From Okamejei kenojei (Eukaryota): a DNA stretch of 64,000 bases. The DNA lies in NCBI GenBank assembly GCA_035221665.1, contig CM069155.1, positions 27,776,001 to 27,840,000 on the forward strand. The letters are read 5' to 3'. A program made the position numbers and the translations under genes. Positions 1-12,799 of the stretch are shown here, in pieces. How positions within the stretch are numbered: the first letter of the stretch is position 1; every line of letters begins with the position of its first letter. Below the pieces are notes generated by a model. The model searched no databases. It was not told the DNA's origin and worked only from the letters and a program-made list of their open reading frames with translations.

Positions 1-212
1 CGAGACGGTTTGAAGAAGAGTCTTGACCCGACACGTCACCCATTCCTTTTCTCCAGAGATGCTGTCTGACCCGTTGACTTACTCCAGCTTTTTGTGTCTA
101 TCTTCGATTTAAACCAACATCTGCAGTTCTTTCCTACACATGATCTTAACAACAAAGGTAGAAACAAATGCTGGAGAAACTCAGCGGGTGAGGCAGCATC
201 TATGGAGCGAAG
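1..212. mobile_element. Penelope-derived terminal-repeat copies (forward 1-140, inverted 155-212)
   Basis: tgaagaagagtcttgacccgacacgtcacccattcc...gagatgctg...ctccagc shared with the other copies. Confidence 0.7.
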
Positions 213-385
213 AAATGCTCATATCTGCCAAGTGCAAAAAGGTATCTCTTTCCCAAACATCCTATAGGATCTTTGCTCTTTCCACACTCGGGAACTTCCG
301 GGCACAGACTCCGCCCGCTGTCGACCTCGGACCAATCCGCCATCGTTCTGTGGCCCCGCCCCGACGGAGGCCCCTCCCCTGGTCC

Positions 386-2426
386 GAGCTCATGGCCCCG
401 TCACTGGCCCCGCCCCCGCCCCCGGCCCCACCCCGCGCTCATGCCCCCATCACTGGCCCCGCCCCGCGCTCATGCCCCCATCACTGGCCCCGCCCCGTCC
501 CGCGCTCATGCCCCCATCACTGGCCCCGCCCCCCGCCCCGCGCTCATGCCCCCATCACTGGCCCCGCCCCGCGCTCATGCCCCCATCACTGGCCCCGCCC
601 CGCCCCCATCACTGGCCCCGCCCCGCGCTCATGCCCCCATCACTGGCCCCGCCCCGCGCTAATGCCCCCATCACTGGCCCCGCCCCGCGCTCATGCCCCC
701 ATCACTGGCCCCCCCGCGCCCCCCATCACTGGCCCCGCCCCGCGCTAATGCCCCCATCACTGGCCCACCCCGCGCTCATGCCCCCATCACTGGCCCCGCC
801 CCGCGCTCGTGCCCCATCACTGGCCCCGCCCCGCGCTCATGCCCCCATCACTGGCCCCGCCCCGCGCTCTTGCCCCATCACTGGCCCCGCCCCGCGCTCA
901 TGCCCCCATCACTGGCCCCGCCCCGCGGCCCCATGCCCCCATCACTGGCCCCGCCCCGCGCGCCCCCATCACTGGCCCCGCCCCGCGCTCATGCCCCCAT
1001 CACTGGCCCCGCCCCGCGCTCATGCCCCCATCACTGGCCCGCCCCGCGCTCATGCCCCCATCACTGGCCCCGCCCCGCCCCGCGCTTGTGCCGCTCATGC
1101 CCCATCACTGGCCCCGCCCCGCGCTCATGCCCCCATCACTGGCCCCGCCCCCGCGCTCATGCCCCCATCACTGGCCCCGCCCCGCGCTCATGCCCCCATC
1201 CCCATCACTGGCCCCGCCCCGCGCTCATGCCCCCATCACTGGCCCGCCCCCGCGCTCATGCCCCATCACTGGCCCCGCCCCAGCCCCGCGCTCGTGCCGC
1301 CATTCACTGGCCCCGCCCCGCGCTCATGCCCCCCATCACTGGCCCGCCCCGCGCTCATGCCCCCATCACTGGCCCTGCCCCAGCCCCGCGCTCGTGCCGC
1401 CATCACTGGCCCCGCCCCGCGCTCATGCCCCCATCGCTGGCCCCGCCCGCGCTCATGCCCCCATCACTGGCCCCGCCCCGCGCTCATGCCCCCGTCACTG
1501 GCCCCGCCTCCGCCCCGCGCTCATGCCCCCGTCACTGGCCCCGCCCCGCGCTCATGCCCCCATCACTGGCCCCGCCCCGCGCTCATGCCCCCATCACTGG
1601 CCCCGCCCCGTCCCGCGCTCATGCCCCCGTCACTGCCCCCCCCCCCCCGCGCTCATGCCCCCGTCACTGGCCCCGCCCCGCCCCGCGCTCATGCCCCCGT
1701 CACTGGCCCCGCCCCGTCCCGCGCTCATGCCCCCGTCACTGGCCCCGCCCCGTGCTCATGCCCCCGTCACTGGCCCCGCCCCGCGCTCATGCCCCCGTCA
1801 CTGGCCCCGCCCCGTCCCGCGCTCATGCCCCGTCACTGGCTCCCCCGCGCTCATGCCCCCATCACTGGCCCCGCCCCGCGCTCATGCCCCCATAACTGGC
1901 CCCGCCCCGTCCCGCGCTCATGCCCCCGTCACTGGCCCCCACCGCGCTCATGCCCCCGTCCCTGGCCCCGCCCCCGCCCCGCGCTCATGCCCCCATCACT
2001 GGCCCCGCCCCGCGCTCATGCCCCCATCACTGGCCCCGCCCCGTCCCGCGCTCATGCCCCCGTCACTGCCCCCCCCCCGCGCTCATGCCCCCGTCACTGC
2101 CCCCCCCCGCGCTCATGCCCCCGTCACTGCCCCCCCCCCCCGCGCTCATGCCCCCATCACTGGCCCCGCCCGCGCTCATGCCCCCCGTCACTGGCCCCGC
2201 CCCGCGCTCATGCTCCCGTCACTGGCCCCGCCCCGCGCTCATGCCCCCGTCACTGGCCCCGCCCCGCGCTCATGCTCCCGTCACTGGCCCCGCCCCGCGC
2301 TCATGCCCCCGTCACTGGCCCCGCCCCGCGCTCATGCTCCCGTCACTGGCCCCCCCCCGCGCTCATGCCCCCGTCACTGGCCCCGCCCCGCCCCGCGCTC
2401 ATGCCCCCATCACTGGCCCCGCCCCC
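386..2426. repeat. 31-bp GC-rich minisatellite (about 65 copies), consensus GCTCATGCCCCC(A/G)TCACTGGCCCCGCCCCGC
   Basis: Directly visible tandem array; most units carry GGCCCCGCCCC; copy number estimated from length/31. Confidence 0.97.
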
Positions 2427-2553
2427 TGAACAACTGCTCCACTCGCTCCCGGGATTCTCGGCGCGGCGTCGTCGCCATCTTATGTGTTTCCCAAAGCCTG
2501 AGCCGAGAGCTGGTGTGTGTGGCGGGGCTGGAGCTGCTGTAGCCGGCTGGAGG

Positions 2554-2568
2554 ATGCCTGGCGGATAA
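2554..2568 (+). promoter_or_regulatory. Minimal uORF MPGG* whose TAA abuts the DGCR2 ATG
   Basis: AGG ATG CCT GGC GGA TAA ATG TGG; in frame with the main ORF. Confidence 0.6.
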
Positions 2569-2638
2569 ATGTGGCCCAAACCTAACATCCCTCTGCTGTT
2601 GTTGCTGATCGCGGTGGCGGCGAAGCCGGAGCGGCCAG
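2569..2638 (+). CDS. DGCR2: DGCR2/IDD exon 1 (signal peptide MWPKPNIPLLLLLIAVAAKPERP)
   Basis: ATG at 2569 in a CpG island, hydrophobic leader, donor CCAG|gtaatg, phase 1; resembles human MVPK...LLL...EPLRP. Confidence 0.9.
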
Positions 2639-3667
2639 GTAATGGGGGGGCGGGGACGGCCGGCCGGGCGGGCGGGTGCGGGGTAAGGGGGGAGGGGCGA
2701 GGTGAGGCTTGGCCCTTCACTCTGTGGGGAACGCTGAGGGTTTGTTCCCCGCCAGAGAGGCCGCATCACTGTCGCTGGAAGCGTTGGTTACATCGGGCCC
2801 GTTGCACTGGCATTATTGGTTACACCAAGGGGCGGGGGTCAGATTATGTATTCACGGCAGCACCGTGGGAACAGTACGGAGTCAAAGACACTGCGCTACC
2901 CCAACAAACCGTTTCGCTCCCCTTAGGAACGGACCAGAGATCAGTGCAAGCAAACTCCCCGCCGACCCTTTAAAAGATGCAGTGCAGCATGCAGCTAAGG
3001 ATTGTCCCGTCCCTCACCTCGGCATCAGATTAACAACACTGACTTCAACCCTTGAATTCACGCATATATTTTTTTCCAGTTAAACGGGTGCCTATTTTGC
3101 CCTCAGATTTAGTAAATCGTAGTCGATGCCGCAACCATTAATGCAATTAAAAGTGCACAGAATGTAACATTAACTGGGTAGCAGCGGGCACAGATTAAGG
3201 ATAAATAGAATGTTTCCCGATTGTCAGGATGTGACAAATGGTGTCTGATTGGAATCTCTTTGGGTACCTCGTCTTCTAAGTGACGAATTAAGGAAAACCC
3301 TGTTTGTTTATCTCGGATTTCAGATTACACCGAGCAAAGAAGGGCAGGCATAGAGTCGTACAGCATTTGAAACGGGCTCTCCGGCACAACATTCCCATTC
3401 CGGCCAAGATTCCCCATCTGCCCGCGTTTGCCCATATCTCTTTAAACCTCTTGTATCTATGTAGCTGTCCAAATGACATTCAAATGTTGTTATAGTACCT
3501 GCATCAATGACTCCTGACAGTTTGTTCCATATACCCATCACCTTCTAATTTTCTATAAATAGCAAACAATGTGGAATTGTACTTAATTTCAAAGGCTAAT
3601 GGAATCTTTATCTCAAGCTGAAGTAAAAAAAAAAGGAACACTGAAATCTGTCTCCACATTATACTTA

Positions 3668-3761
3668 AGATAGACACAAGATGCTGGAGTAACTCAGCGG
3701 GATAGGCAGCATCTCTGGAGAGAAGGAATGGGTGATGTTTTGGGGCATGACCCTTTTTCAG
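3668..3761 (-). mobile_element. Penelope-derived terminal repeat
   Basis: agacacaagatgctggagtaactcagcggg...ggaatgggtgatgtttt. Confidence 0.7.
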
Positions 3762-6700
3762 TTATACTTAGCCAGTCTACTCCAAACCTTGCACTTTTTC
3801 CTTCGCTGACGTTGTACTAAAATCTTTATGATGCTGAGAAAGGCCAATATCCTAGACATTGTTTAACTAGGACTAGACTTGCACACTAAGTTACAGGACC
3901 CTGAGAGTATTGCGGAGCAAAGACCCAAGGGTACAAGTCCTAGTGCCTTGAATGTGGCGACACAGGTGGATAAGCTTGCCCTGTTCGGATCGGGCATAGA
4001 GAACAAGAGTTGAAACATTATGTTACAGTTGTTCTAGATGATGATGAGACTGGATCTGGAATATTATGTGACGTTCTGATTGTCAAACTATAGGAAGGAT
4101 ATTATTGAAGCTGGAGAAGGTGGAGGAAAGATTCACAAGGATATTACCTGCATCGGGTTTTAGATATTAGGAGAGATAGGATAGGCTAGGACCATAGAAG
4201 GATATGGGCCAAATGCAGGCAATGGGACCTGCTCATTAAGGCATCTTGGCTGACATGGACGAGTTGGGCCAAACGGCATCTTTCTGAGTTGTATAACAAT
4301 GACTCTATAACAATGGTAAAAATGCAGTGGCAAATAGATACAAAATTAGGGAAACATTTTGCAAGACTTAAAGGCTCTATGTGTGAATGCTCAATGCATT
4401 GGTGACGAGATAAATTAATTGATGTTACAAAAGGAGATGAATGGAAATGTTCTAATAGCCATTAGGCACATGTGATTATATACTGGCCAAAGCTGAAAAC
4501 AATAATTCAAGCTCCTTTCGAAGGAAAAGCAAGAATGAAGTATCTCTGATAGTGATGTTGGGAGAAATAACCATGGCTCAGAAAATTGAATTAAAATCTG
4601 TTTGGAGGGGGATTGGAAATGACAAATAATATGGAATTTTTGCTATTAATTGAACATCGATTATCAAGTGCAAGTTTAACAAGTGCTGATGTTTGAGCAG
4701 ATCTGGGTGCCCATGCACAAGAAACACAGTTGACACGTGAGGGAAAAGTACAAAAGAGGGGCAAATATTTCCTAGATTGATTCCTGGAATTAAAATTTTG
4801 ACTTCTGAAGAAAGATTGAGTAAAATGGGTCTGTGCTGCCTAGAAGTGAGAATAATCAGATTTTTAAATCAAAATGTATGATTCTTTGGAGCATGTAAAG
4901 CTGTGAAGATGTTCCTCCTGGTGGTGGAATCTTGAACAAGAGGGGGCATTCTCAAGTTCGGGATTACATTTAAGAAGGGAATTAGGTGAAATTCCCTTTG
5001 AGGGCTGCAAAGCGATGCAATTCTTTACGATGAACCTGTGGATGGTGTTGAGGCATTAGGTGGGATTGTACTGCTTAATCACTCTTGCCCCCTCCCCAAT
5101 TCCATGACTGCACAAATCTATTGCAGCCCCCTTGGTCCAGATTTTACTGTCACTGATATTTTGCAAAGTTAAAAAATCCATCACTACAATGTGATGATTC
5201 CTGTCAAAGGCCATTGAAATGTGTTTGTTTTGGAGCAGAAGTTTAAAAACCGAAAAGGTCAAAATATATATTTTTAAACTTTTTATTAATATGTTGAAGT
5301 GATACAAATTAATTGAACATCAGGTAAACTAAAATGTGAGGAGCTGGATGTGTAGGGTATCCAGCCTCACTGAAAGCATGACCAAATTCAAATACAGGAC
5401 AGTGGTGAGGCTGGAGGTAAATTATAGCAGCATCCACCTTCAGTGCATTACTGACTACCACATTACGACGAGGAGGTAGACATGTCAATCGTGCATTGAC
5501 TTGCAGTGAGCAAGTCGGTATTGGTTCTCTTACAAGCTGCCAGCAAAAATTGCAGCAATATTAAAACAGTATTTCAAAGCTGAGGTACTCCTTTAGGTTA
5601 CAGAGGAATCAAAAGTTAAGAACACGGCGTTGAGGCCAAACCTCAGAGCAGTTACTCTCTTATTGAATGCAGAATAAGCTCTGGGCAGGATGGCTCTGCA
5701 AACAGCAATGGTTTGGTGGGGTCTGCCAGCAGTGTTCTTTTGCAGCACTAAGCTAATTGGCATTTTACCTCAGTAACTGTATATTCACCAACCAAAGTAA
5801 TTGTCATTTTGAAGCGTAGCATGAATTGTGGGAATGAATCTTGCTGTGTTAGTTGGGAACCCTGCTTGACTTCACTTTTTTTAAATCCAATCTGATATTG
5901 ATAAATAGAAACTTAACAGGCTTTGTTTATTCCTCTTGTTATATGATTTTCAACTTCTCCAAGATCACAGGTTATGCAGAGGATCAAGGATTAGAGCAAT
6001 TTCTTGGTTTCTATTTGTGTCTGTCTGCCAGATGTGATGATTTTCTCACAATGCATTGATTGTCTAAACAGTGAGCAGTGTGGTTTCTCTCATTAGTTGT
6101 GATGCCAACAGTCATCTTGTTTTTCTTCTTAATGGCGTTCATCCGCCGCCGATCAAGATTTTAAGCCAAATCTAGCATGAAGGGTTTGTCTTGGGACTCT
6201 TGCTCAGTTGCCTTTTTTACCCTTTGTGCAGAAGTTTAAGTAGCCTGTTTCAAGGATATGCAAATACTCCTTATCCATTAATTTCCTAATTACCCTCATT
6301 AATGAATCAAAACAAGCAACTACCCCAGCCCAACCTTCTTCCTAAGATAGGCACAAAAAACCGTAGTAATGTATTGGGTCTGGCAATATCTCTAGAGAAA
6401 ACAAATAGGTGATGTTTTTGTTTGAGACGCTTCTTCAGACTGAGAGTCAGGGGAAGAGGAAACGAGAGAGATATAGACACACATTAAATGAATGAAAGAT
6501 ATGCAAAAAGCATATGCAAATAATGCAATTGTTCTATCTGTCTAAAGGTAGAGATAACAGGAGTTTCCTTTCCCTAATTGCAATGTGGTGTGTTTATCAT
6601 TTTCCACAGAGAATACCATGGGCACAAACTTCTGGAACATGACTAAAATACATCTTCTGAAGCTTGTATATTAAAGAATGGTGTCTCAACATCCATCTGC

Positions 6701-7912
6701 CATTTGCCTTTATAGCTTTCTTCTCCAACCATTGTAGATTATTAACAATTAATATGTTTATGCAATATACACCTTAATACCTTGACCTTTCAAGCTATAC
6801 TCCTAACTAATTCATAACTTTCCGTATTTGATTATGTTAGAGCCAAAACTAATCATGCTTGTTTCTATGTTCCCTTGGTGATTATGTGGTCCACTATATC
6901 TTGGAACAATCATACTCTGGATTGATCTCTTGCCTCATGGTGGCACAGTGCATCCTGTGTGTCTCATATTCAGCTGAGGAACTTTTCAAATCTTGAGTCC
7001 TAACACGGGATTTCAAGATGGTTCTCGCCTGTGCCTGGACCGAGTTGGTAAAGAGTCGTTTGATGTTGTAAAAATGTGGAGCTGTTTTGGGGTACCGTCC
7101 AACCTGAGACCCTTGGCGTGGAGAATATGTCTGTAACCTATGTTTATGGGTGTTATTAGCCATTTTTAAACTGCTCATTCTCTCAATTACAGGCCCTCGG
7201 CTCGGTCTGGCAAGACTTCTGTCAGGTAGGTTTTTTGACATGATGTGAAAAATAAATGGCACGTTTTTATCGGTGATGCAACTTATTTGACACATTTTAA
7301 TACTATTTATTATTGATGATACAATAAATCAAATACATCTGGCATGTGTGAGCAGTTAGGAAACGCATCTTTCTGGAGGTAATCCCTTTAGTATTGGTAG
7401 CCATGTTTCTGACTCAAGTCGCCAGATGGTGGTAGACTTGCAGTGCAGGAGAGTGATAGATACATTTGTGTTTAGTGGGAATTTTCTGTTCTTTGCAAGT
7501 TCATTATACATCTTTAATGTATCCACAGCCACCCAAGTAGGCCCTGACAACTAGCATTACAGACTGACCCCCTGATGGATCATTCCCACTTCCCTGATGG
7601 ATTCAGGTGAACTGGTGTTCCCAGATTGCATTTATTAGGGATTTTATCCCAAGTATTAAGTTTTTATTTCTTTCAAATATTGACAGACACCATTATTTAA
7701 TGGCAACACACCCACATTTTAATTCTGTTTTGCATGTTATTGTGTCTAGAGAGATATGGGACTTTTCCCTGCTGTTCTTCTCTCTAATTTGACACTCGGT
7801 TGTGCAGGCATGTCTCTAGCTGCATACTGTTTTACAATTGGAAGTATTATAGAAGCAGCATTTGGATGAGCAGCTGATGTGTTGACAATGGCCTGTTTTT
7901 TTTTTTTTGCAG

Positions 7913-8035
7913 AGCTGCGCTGTACCACTGGAGAATTTGCTTGCAAGACTGGAACTATTCAGTGTATTCCTCAGAGCTGGTACTGCGATGGATGGCAGAC
8001 CTGTGAAGATGGCAGTGATGAACTCGATTGTCCAG
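7913..8035 (+). CDS. DGCR2: DGCR2 exon 2 (LDL-receptor class A repeat)
   Basis: poly-T gcag| acceptor; [41 protein letters not shown]; G|gtaag donor; 123 nt, phase 1-1. Confidence 0.97.
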
Positions 8036-9181
8036 GTAAGCGACTAGATTATGTAATTTGGTTTATGATCTCAAATATGCAATCTATAATTATATTTAAA
8101 TAATTAATGTACATGAAAGTAAATTTTAAGGTACCCATGTTTCTTTTTTAAAAAGTGTCTACACTCTAATCCTTTCCCTGGTACAACTTAAAATCAAGAT
8201 TTTATATAATTGTCTGTAGAAATGTGCTGATTAATATCTACACGCACTGGTGTGGATTGTCACACTGAGATTGTGACATTGAAAGTTCTGTGTTGTGGGG
8301 TGGAGGTCAAGGTCAGAGGACCTAAATGACGTCTTGAATGGAGTTGGGTCATGGTATAGTGTGGAAAGAAAAACTGCCTCTTATGTTCTATCTTTGGAGA
8401 GGTTCCTGTCAACTGAAGACATTATTTAGAATTGTGTACATTGCTATTGTGCAAGTTTCTTTGTTTTGTACCGATGAACAAAAAAGCTATAAATAATGTA
8501 AATTGAATCATGGCGGAAAAGAGTCTGTATTTGTACTGTGGAATGTAAAGTTGAATCTATCCTGGGTAAGGCGGTCAGCAGAGGATTTTGTATCTTTAGA
8601 CTCTTCATCTGCACTGAGATCTGAATTGTAGTCTCCATGTAAGGGAGAGGGGAAAGTTTCCTCCAGATGTATTCACTCCATGGAATGGAGCAACATCATT
8701 GCAGGGTTGGTCTGACTGAGGTTTAGTAGGAGAATGCGAATACTGAGGAATGGCTCTCCACTGAAGGGTATAATGCTGCCCATGAATAAACCATTTTGGA
8801 AGATGGTTGTTATGGCATTTTGAAACAAGGGTTTGTCCAGTAGAGAAACAGGGGATGCAGTGTTGTAGGGATTTGATGCATTTAAATAAAAACTTGTTAT
8901 TTTTTATTCTTCGCCTTTGCCGTTGAGAAAATTTCTTGATCTTTTCTGTCTATAATCACGATTATAGACAACTAACGGGTCCCTTTGCGACTTCTTCTCC
9001 AAGGAGAACTAATGTAATTAAAATCTCAATCTTAGAATTAAAAAAAAATCTTTTGCCTCTCTGAAACATTTACATTTCTTCTTAAGCAGCAGGAGAACCA
9101 GGCACTGCCATCTATTTTTAGCAGTCAGTGTTATATTAATGTTCATTCACTACCTCTGTTTATAAAGCCCAGGATCTCTTA

Positions 9182-9312
9182 TCAGTCTGAAGAAGGGTCT
9201 CGACCCAAAACGTCGCCTATTCCTTCGCTCCATAGATGCTGCCTCACCCACTGAGTTTCTCCAGCATTTTTGTCTACCTTCGATTTTTCTAGCATCTGCA
9301 GTTCTTTCTTAA
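9182..9312 (+). mobile_element. Penelope-derived terminal repeat
   Basis: tcagtCTGAAGAagggtctcgacccAAAAcgtc...agcatctgcagttc. Confidence 0.75.
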
Positions 9313-10459
9313 AGATCTCGATGTTCAATCAGAATGGTGTGCTTCTGACTGGAAGAGAACCTGCAGCTGACCTGTTATACTCTTCTTTCTTCGGGTTTGC
9401 AGATGACATTAAAGTCTTGGCGATTAATTGTGAGTCACACAGTAGTCATAGTGCATAGGGGTAAGCTAATAAAGCAAATAGCTTTGATCTGGGTAGCATC
9501 GAACTGCTTGTCTAGTATCACGATTCCCACATTGACACACGTGAGGGGTTTTCCATTATTCTCCTGTCTTGTGAATGGCGGTAGTCAGGAAATTTCATTT
9601 TCTCATGAGAATACCCAGCTTCTGAATTGCTCTTGTTAGCCATAGCATTTGTATGTCTGTTCTAGTTAAATTTGTGGTCAATGATGACCTCTAAATTGTT
9701 CATTGATCAGATGACGGCAATGTCACTGAATGACAGGGAGTTGTATTTAACAATTTTGCTTGCTGGAGGTGGTCATTGCCCATTGCTTGAACGGCTGCCT
9801 CTGCCCAACTGTCCCACAACACTGTAATTTGGACATTATCAAATGAATATTTCTGGTAGTTTGCTAAAGTAAAAAATAGTTGCTGCCATTCCTATATGGC
9901 ATCAACTATTTAATTTAGTGTAAATTACAGTGGGGAAAAATGTACAAAAACCTTTGGGGCTGCCAGAGCCTATGAGAAATACGGCGTAGATATCACTTGA
10001 TCCTTGCAGTTCAGACATTGTGTGAACGCATGCCGTGCTCTCCCAGGATTATATATCCTTCCAAAGGTAGTTAATATCTGCAACTGAACACAGTATTCCA
10101 TATTTAGGTCTTGTGTGATTAGTAGACCTTTGCATTATCATTCTCTAAATATTAAGGCACAGATCCATTAGCCTTTTTGACTATTTTCTACAGCATTCAT
10201 GACATGTTAATAGCCCATACACACAGGCTCCTTTCCAATCCTTTCATAAACATTTTTATCATCTTTTTGTTTCTGAAGTAAACAAGCTCACAATTGCCTG
10301 CATTGACATTCGTTTGACACAGTTTTGCCAATTCATGTAACCCTTCAATCATTGTTTCTATATGCAGTGATACAAAAGGAGGGAGGAAATAATTGTAAAC
10401 AATGTCAAACCAAGATGCATCGTTTTCTGTCACATCATCCAAGATTTATAATATGCTGT

Positions 10460-10591
10460 ATGTGTTGGAAGGAACTGCAGATGCTGGTTTAAACCGAAGA
10501 TAGACACAAAAAGCTGGAGTAACTCAGCGGGACAGGCAGCATCTCTGGGGAGAAGGAATGGGTGATGTTTCGGATCGAGACCTTTCTTCAG
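10460..10591 (-). mobile_element. Penelope-derived terminal repeat
   Basis: Minus strand reads CTGAAGAaaggtctcgatccGAAAcatc. Confidence 0.75.
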
Positions 10592-11189
10592 TTCTACCAA
10601 CAGTTTTTTTATGGGAACTTTTCATCACCACCTGCCAGTTTGAGTATCTGTCCGCTATTGCTCCTATCTTTTGCCAGTACAGTTCATTCCATTTGTTCTG
10701 AATGGTATCGGTGATGTTCAGAGTTGAAGCAATGGATATAGTTTTTAATCCATTTTACATCAGACAGAGCTTTTATGTCTTGGTGTGACCTAGTCATTTG
10801 AATAGGGTTTCTGCCATGTAACTTTTTAATTAAATAAATTAAGTAAATTTGTTCCTCCATTAATTGTTATTCATTGACATTTTTTCCTGTTGGTCCTTCT
10901 GTCAGAAGGCCATCAGAGCACTCATAATAAGGCTTTACTTTCTGCTGCCTGGCCGCTATTTGCCATCTGCAAACTGGATCAACTTGTGTAACAACCAAGG
11001 TGACAGTGCCAGCAGTATCCAAAGAGCAGGTGGCTGCAGAGGATTAGCACAATCTCAAACAGAGGCCTGGTCGGTCGGTCACTCCAGCTCAGCGTTTTCA
11101 GTTACCATCACAAACTCATCCCCAACCAGCGATTCCAGCCCCCTTCCTCTCAGCTGCTTGAAACTGAAAGACCAATCATAAGTTACGTT

Positions 11190-11318
11190 TGTGTAAGAAG
11201 GAACTGCAGATGCTGGTTTAAACTAAAGATGGATACTGCTAGTCCCGCTGGAGTAACTCAGCGGGACTAGCATCATCTCTGGAGAGAAGGAATGGGTGAC
11301 GTTTCGGGTCAAGATCCT
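11190..11318 (-). mobile_element. Penelope-derived terminal repeat
   Basis: gaaggaactgcagatgctgg...gggtgacgtttcgggtc. Confidence 0.7.
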
Positions 11319-11381
11319 TTAAAGTTACATTTAAAGTGCATTCTATCATTAAGAATGCCTCTTTTTAACTTGGACATTTCT

Positions 11382-11520
11382 TCTTCTTCTTGCGTATGAC
11401 GTGCACAGCCTAAAGTTGTCGGACAACTTGTTCTATTCGATCTTATTTGATTATGCACGCCGGGTTTGTTGCATTTGTCGAAACAGGGCGGACCACGTGA
11501 CGGTTGCAATCTCCCACCCC
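11382..11520 (-). mobile_element. 139-bp retroposed element with (GAA)n tail and 10-bp target-site duplication
   Basis: GGACATTTCT at 11372-11381 and 11521-11530; (TTC)n at the left end. Confidence 0.75.
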
Positions 11521-12799
11521 GGACATTTCTAAGTCCACACTTAATTCTGTTCATCACTTGCTGAATTCCCCAGCCATGCTTTGGTCTGCAGCTTGGGGAA
11601 TCTAGAACCAGGAGACAGTTCAAGCTAAAAGTTTCAGGAAGGAAGTTAGAAAACCATTCTTTACAGGCTGGTGGAAGCCTGAAAGTCTCTCTAGCAGTTA
11701 ACATTTCATGCTTGGCTAGTTTACATTTGCACTATATTTCCTTGCAAAAGAGGAGTTAGTTACTAAATGTATGCTGGTTTTCAGATCCACCCCATTTCAC
11801 TATTTATTCCCCCATTCTCTCAGAAATATCCATTAACACTTCCTTGATTCTGCCACAAGCCCTATTCATAATCATAATAGTAATATATTAACTAAGTATG
11901 TTTTGCAACATACGGGGAATTTGATTTGCCGTACAGTCATACCAATAAAGAGCAACAAGACACCCAAATACATTTTTAACATGGACATCCACCACAGCAA
12001 CTCCCCACATTTTTCACTGTAATGGAAGGCAAAAGAAGTTCAATCTTCTTCCCTTCTTTGTTCTCCCACGGTCGGGGTACTCGGACCTTCCGTTGTCGAG
12101 GCGATCTTGGCTCCCGCAGCCGGCGGTTGAGGGTGATCAAGCTCCCGCATCGGGGGAACCTCAGCTAGTCGAACCTCCTGCAGCTCGGAGCTTCCCAACA
12201 TCAGTCTCCACTCGAGACTGCGAGCTCATCGATTTACATTAGGTGTAATTTGCAGTTGTCAGTTAGCCTTCACCAATACATCTTTAGGATATTGCATTAA
12301 ACCCTAGCATCCAGGGGAATCTCACAAATCCTATCAGAGATGTCCCCTTTTTTCCACCCAATGTCTCTCCCACCTTCTAAACTACGTATTAAATTGTTTC
12401 TCTTTTTTATAAGTTCTGGATCTGAAACATAAATAGTTTCTCTTTCTACCTGATGCTGTTTGTCCTGCTGAAATTTTCCAGCATTTTCTAATTTTATTTC
12501 ATCTGCATCTTCCTCTGCTGAGACTCCAGCACCATCATCTTCCTTGGTGACGACTGACATCAAATACTCATTAGGTACTTCAGCCATACTCATTGTCCAA
12601 ATATAAATTTTCCTTTTTGTTTCTACCTTTCTTTTTTGGTCTTTGAAATCTCAAACAGAGGCCTGGTCGGTCACTCCAGCTCCATACAGCCATTTCCTAT
12701 TTGCATGCCCATTTTGCGCTCTATCTCTTTGGTCATATTTGTTGCTCTGAATGTTATTTCCTTACCCTTCACCTCCCAGGTATGTACCTAGACTGTAAT

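Larger units (their letters stand above)
280..2960. promoter_or_regulatory. DGCR2 CpG-island promoter
   Basis: CpG-rich; ETS core ACTTCCGG 294-301, GC boxes 311-316 and 352-361, CCAAT 332-336, YY1-type CGCCATCTT 2473-2481. Confidence 0.75.

Noticed and set aside
386-2426. CRISPR-like appearance of the regular ~31-bp repeats (also 34886-35396)
   Set aside because: No unique spacers, no cas genes, and a eukaryotic intron-exon context
140-2568. Long Pro-rich ORFs (up to 698 aa) in all three + frames
   Set aside because: Translation of the 31-bp stop-poor minisatellite; the same three peptides cycle through every frame
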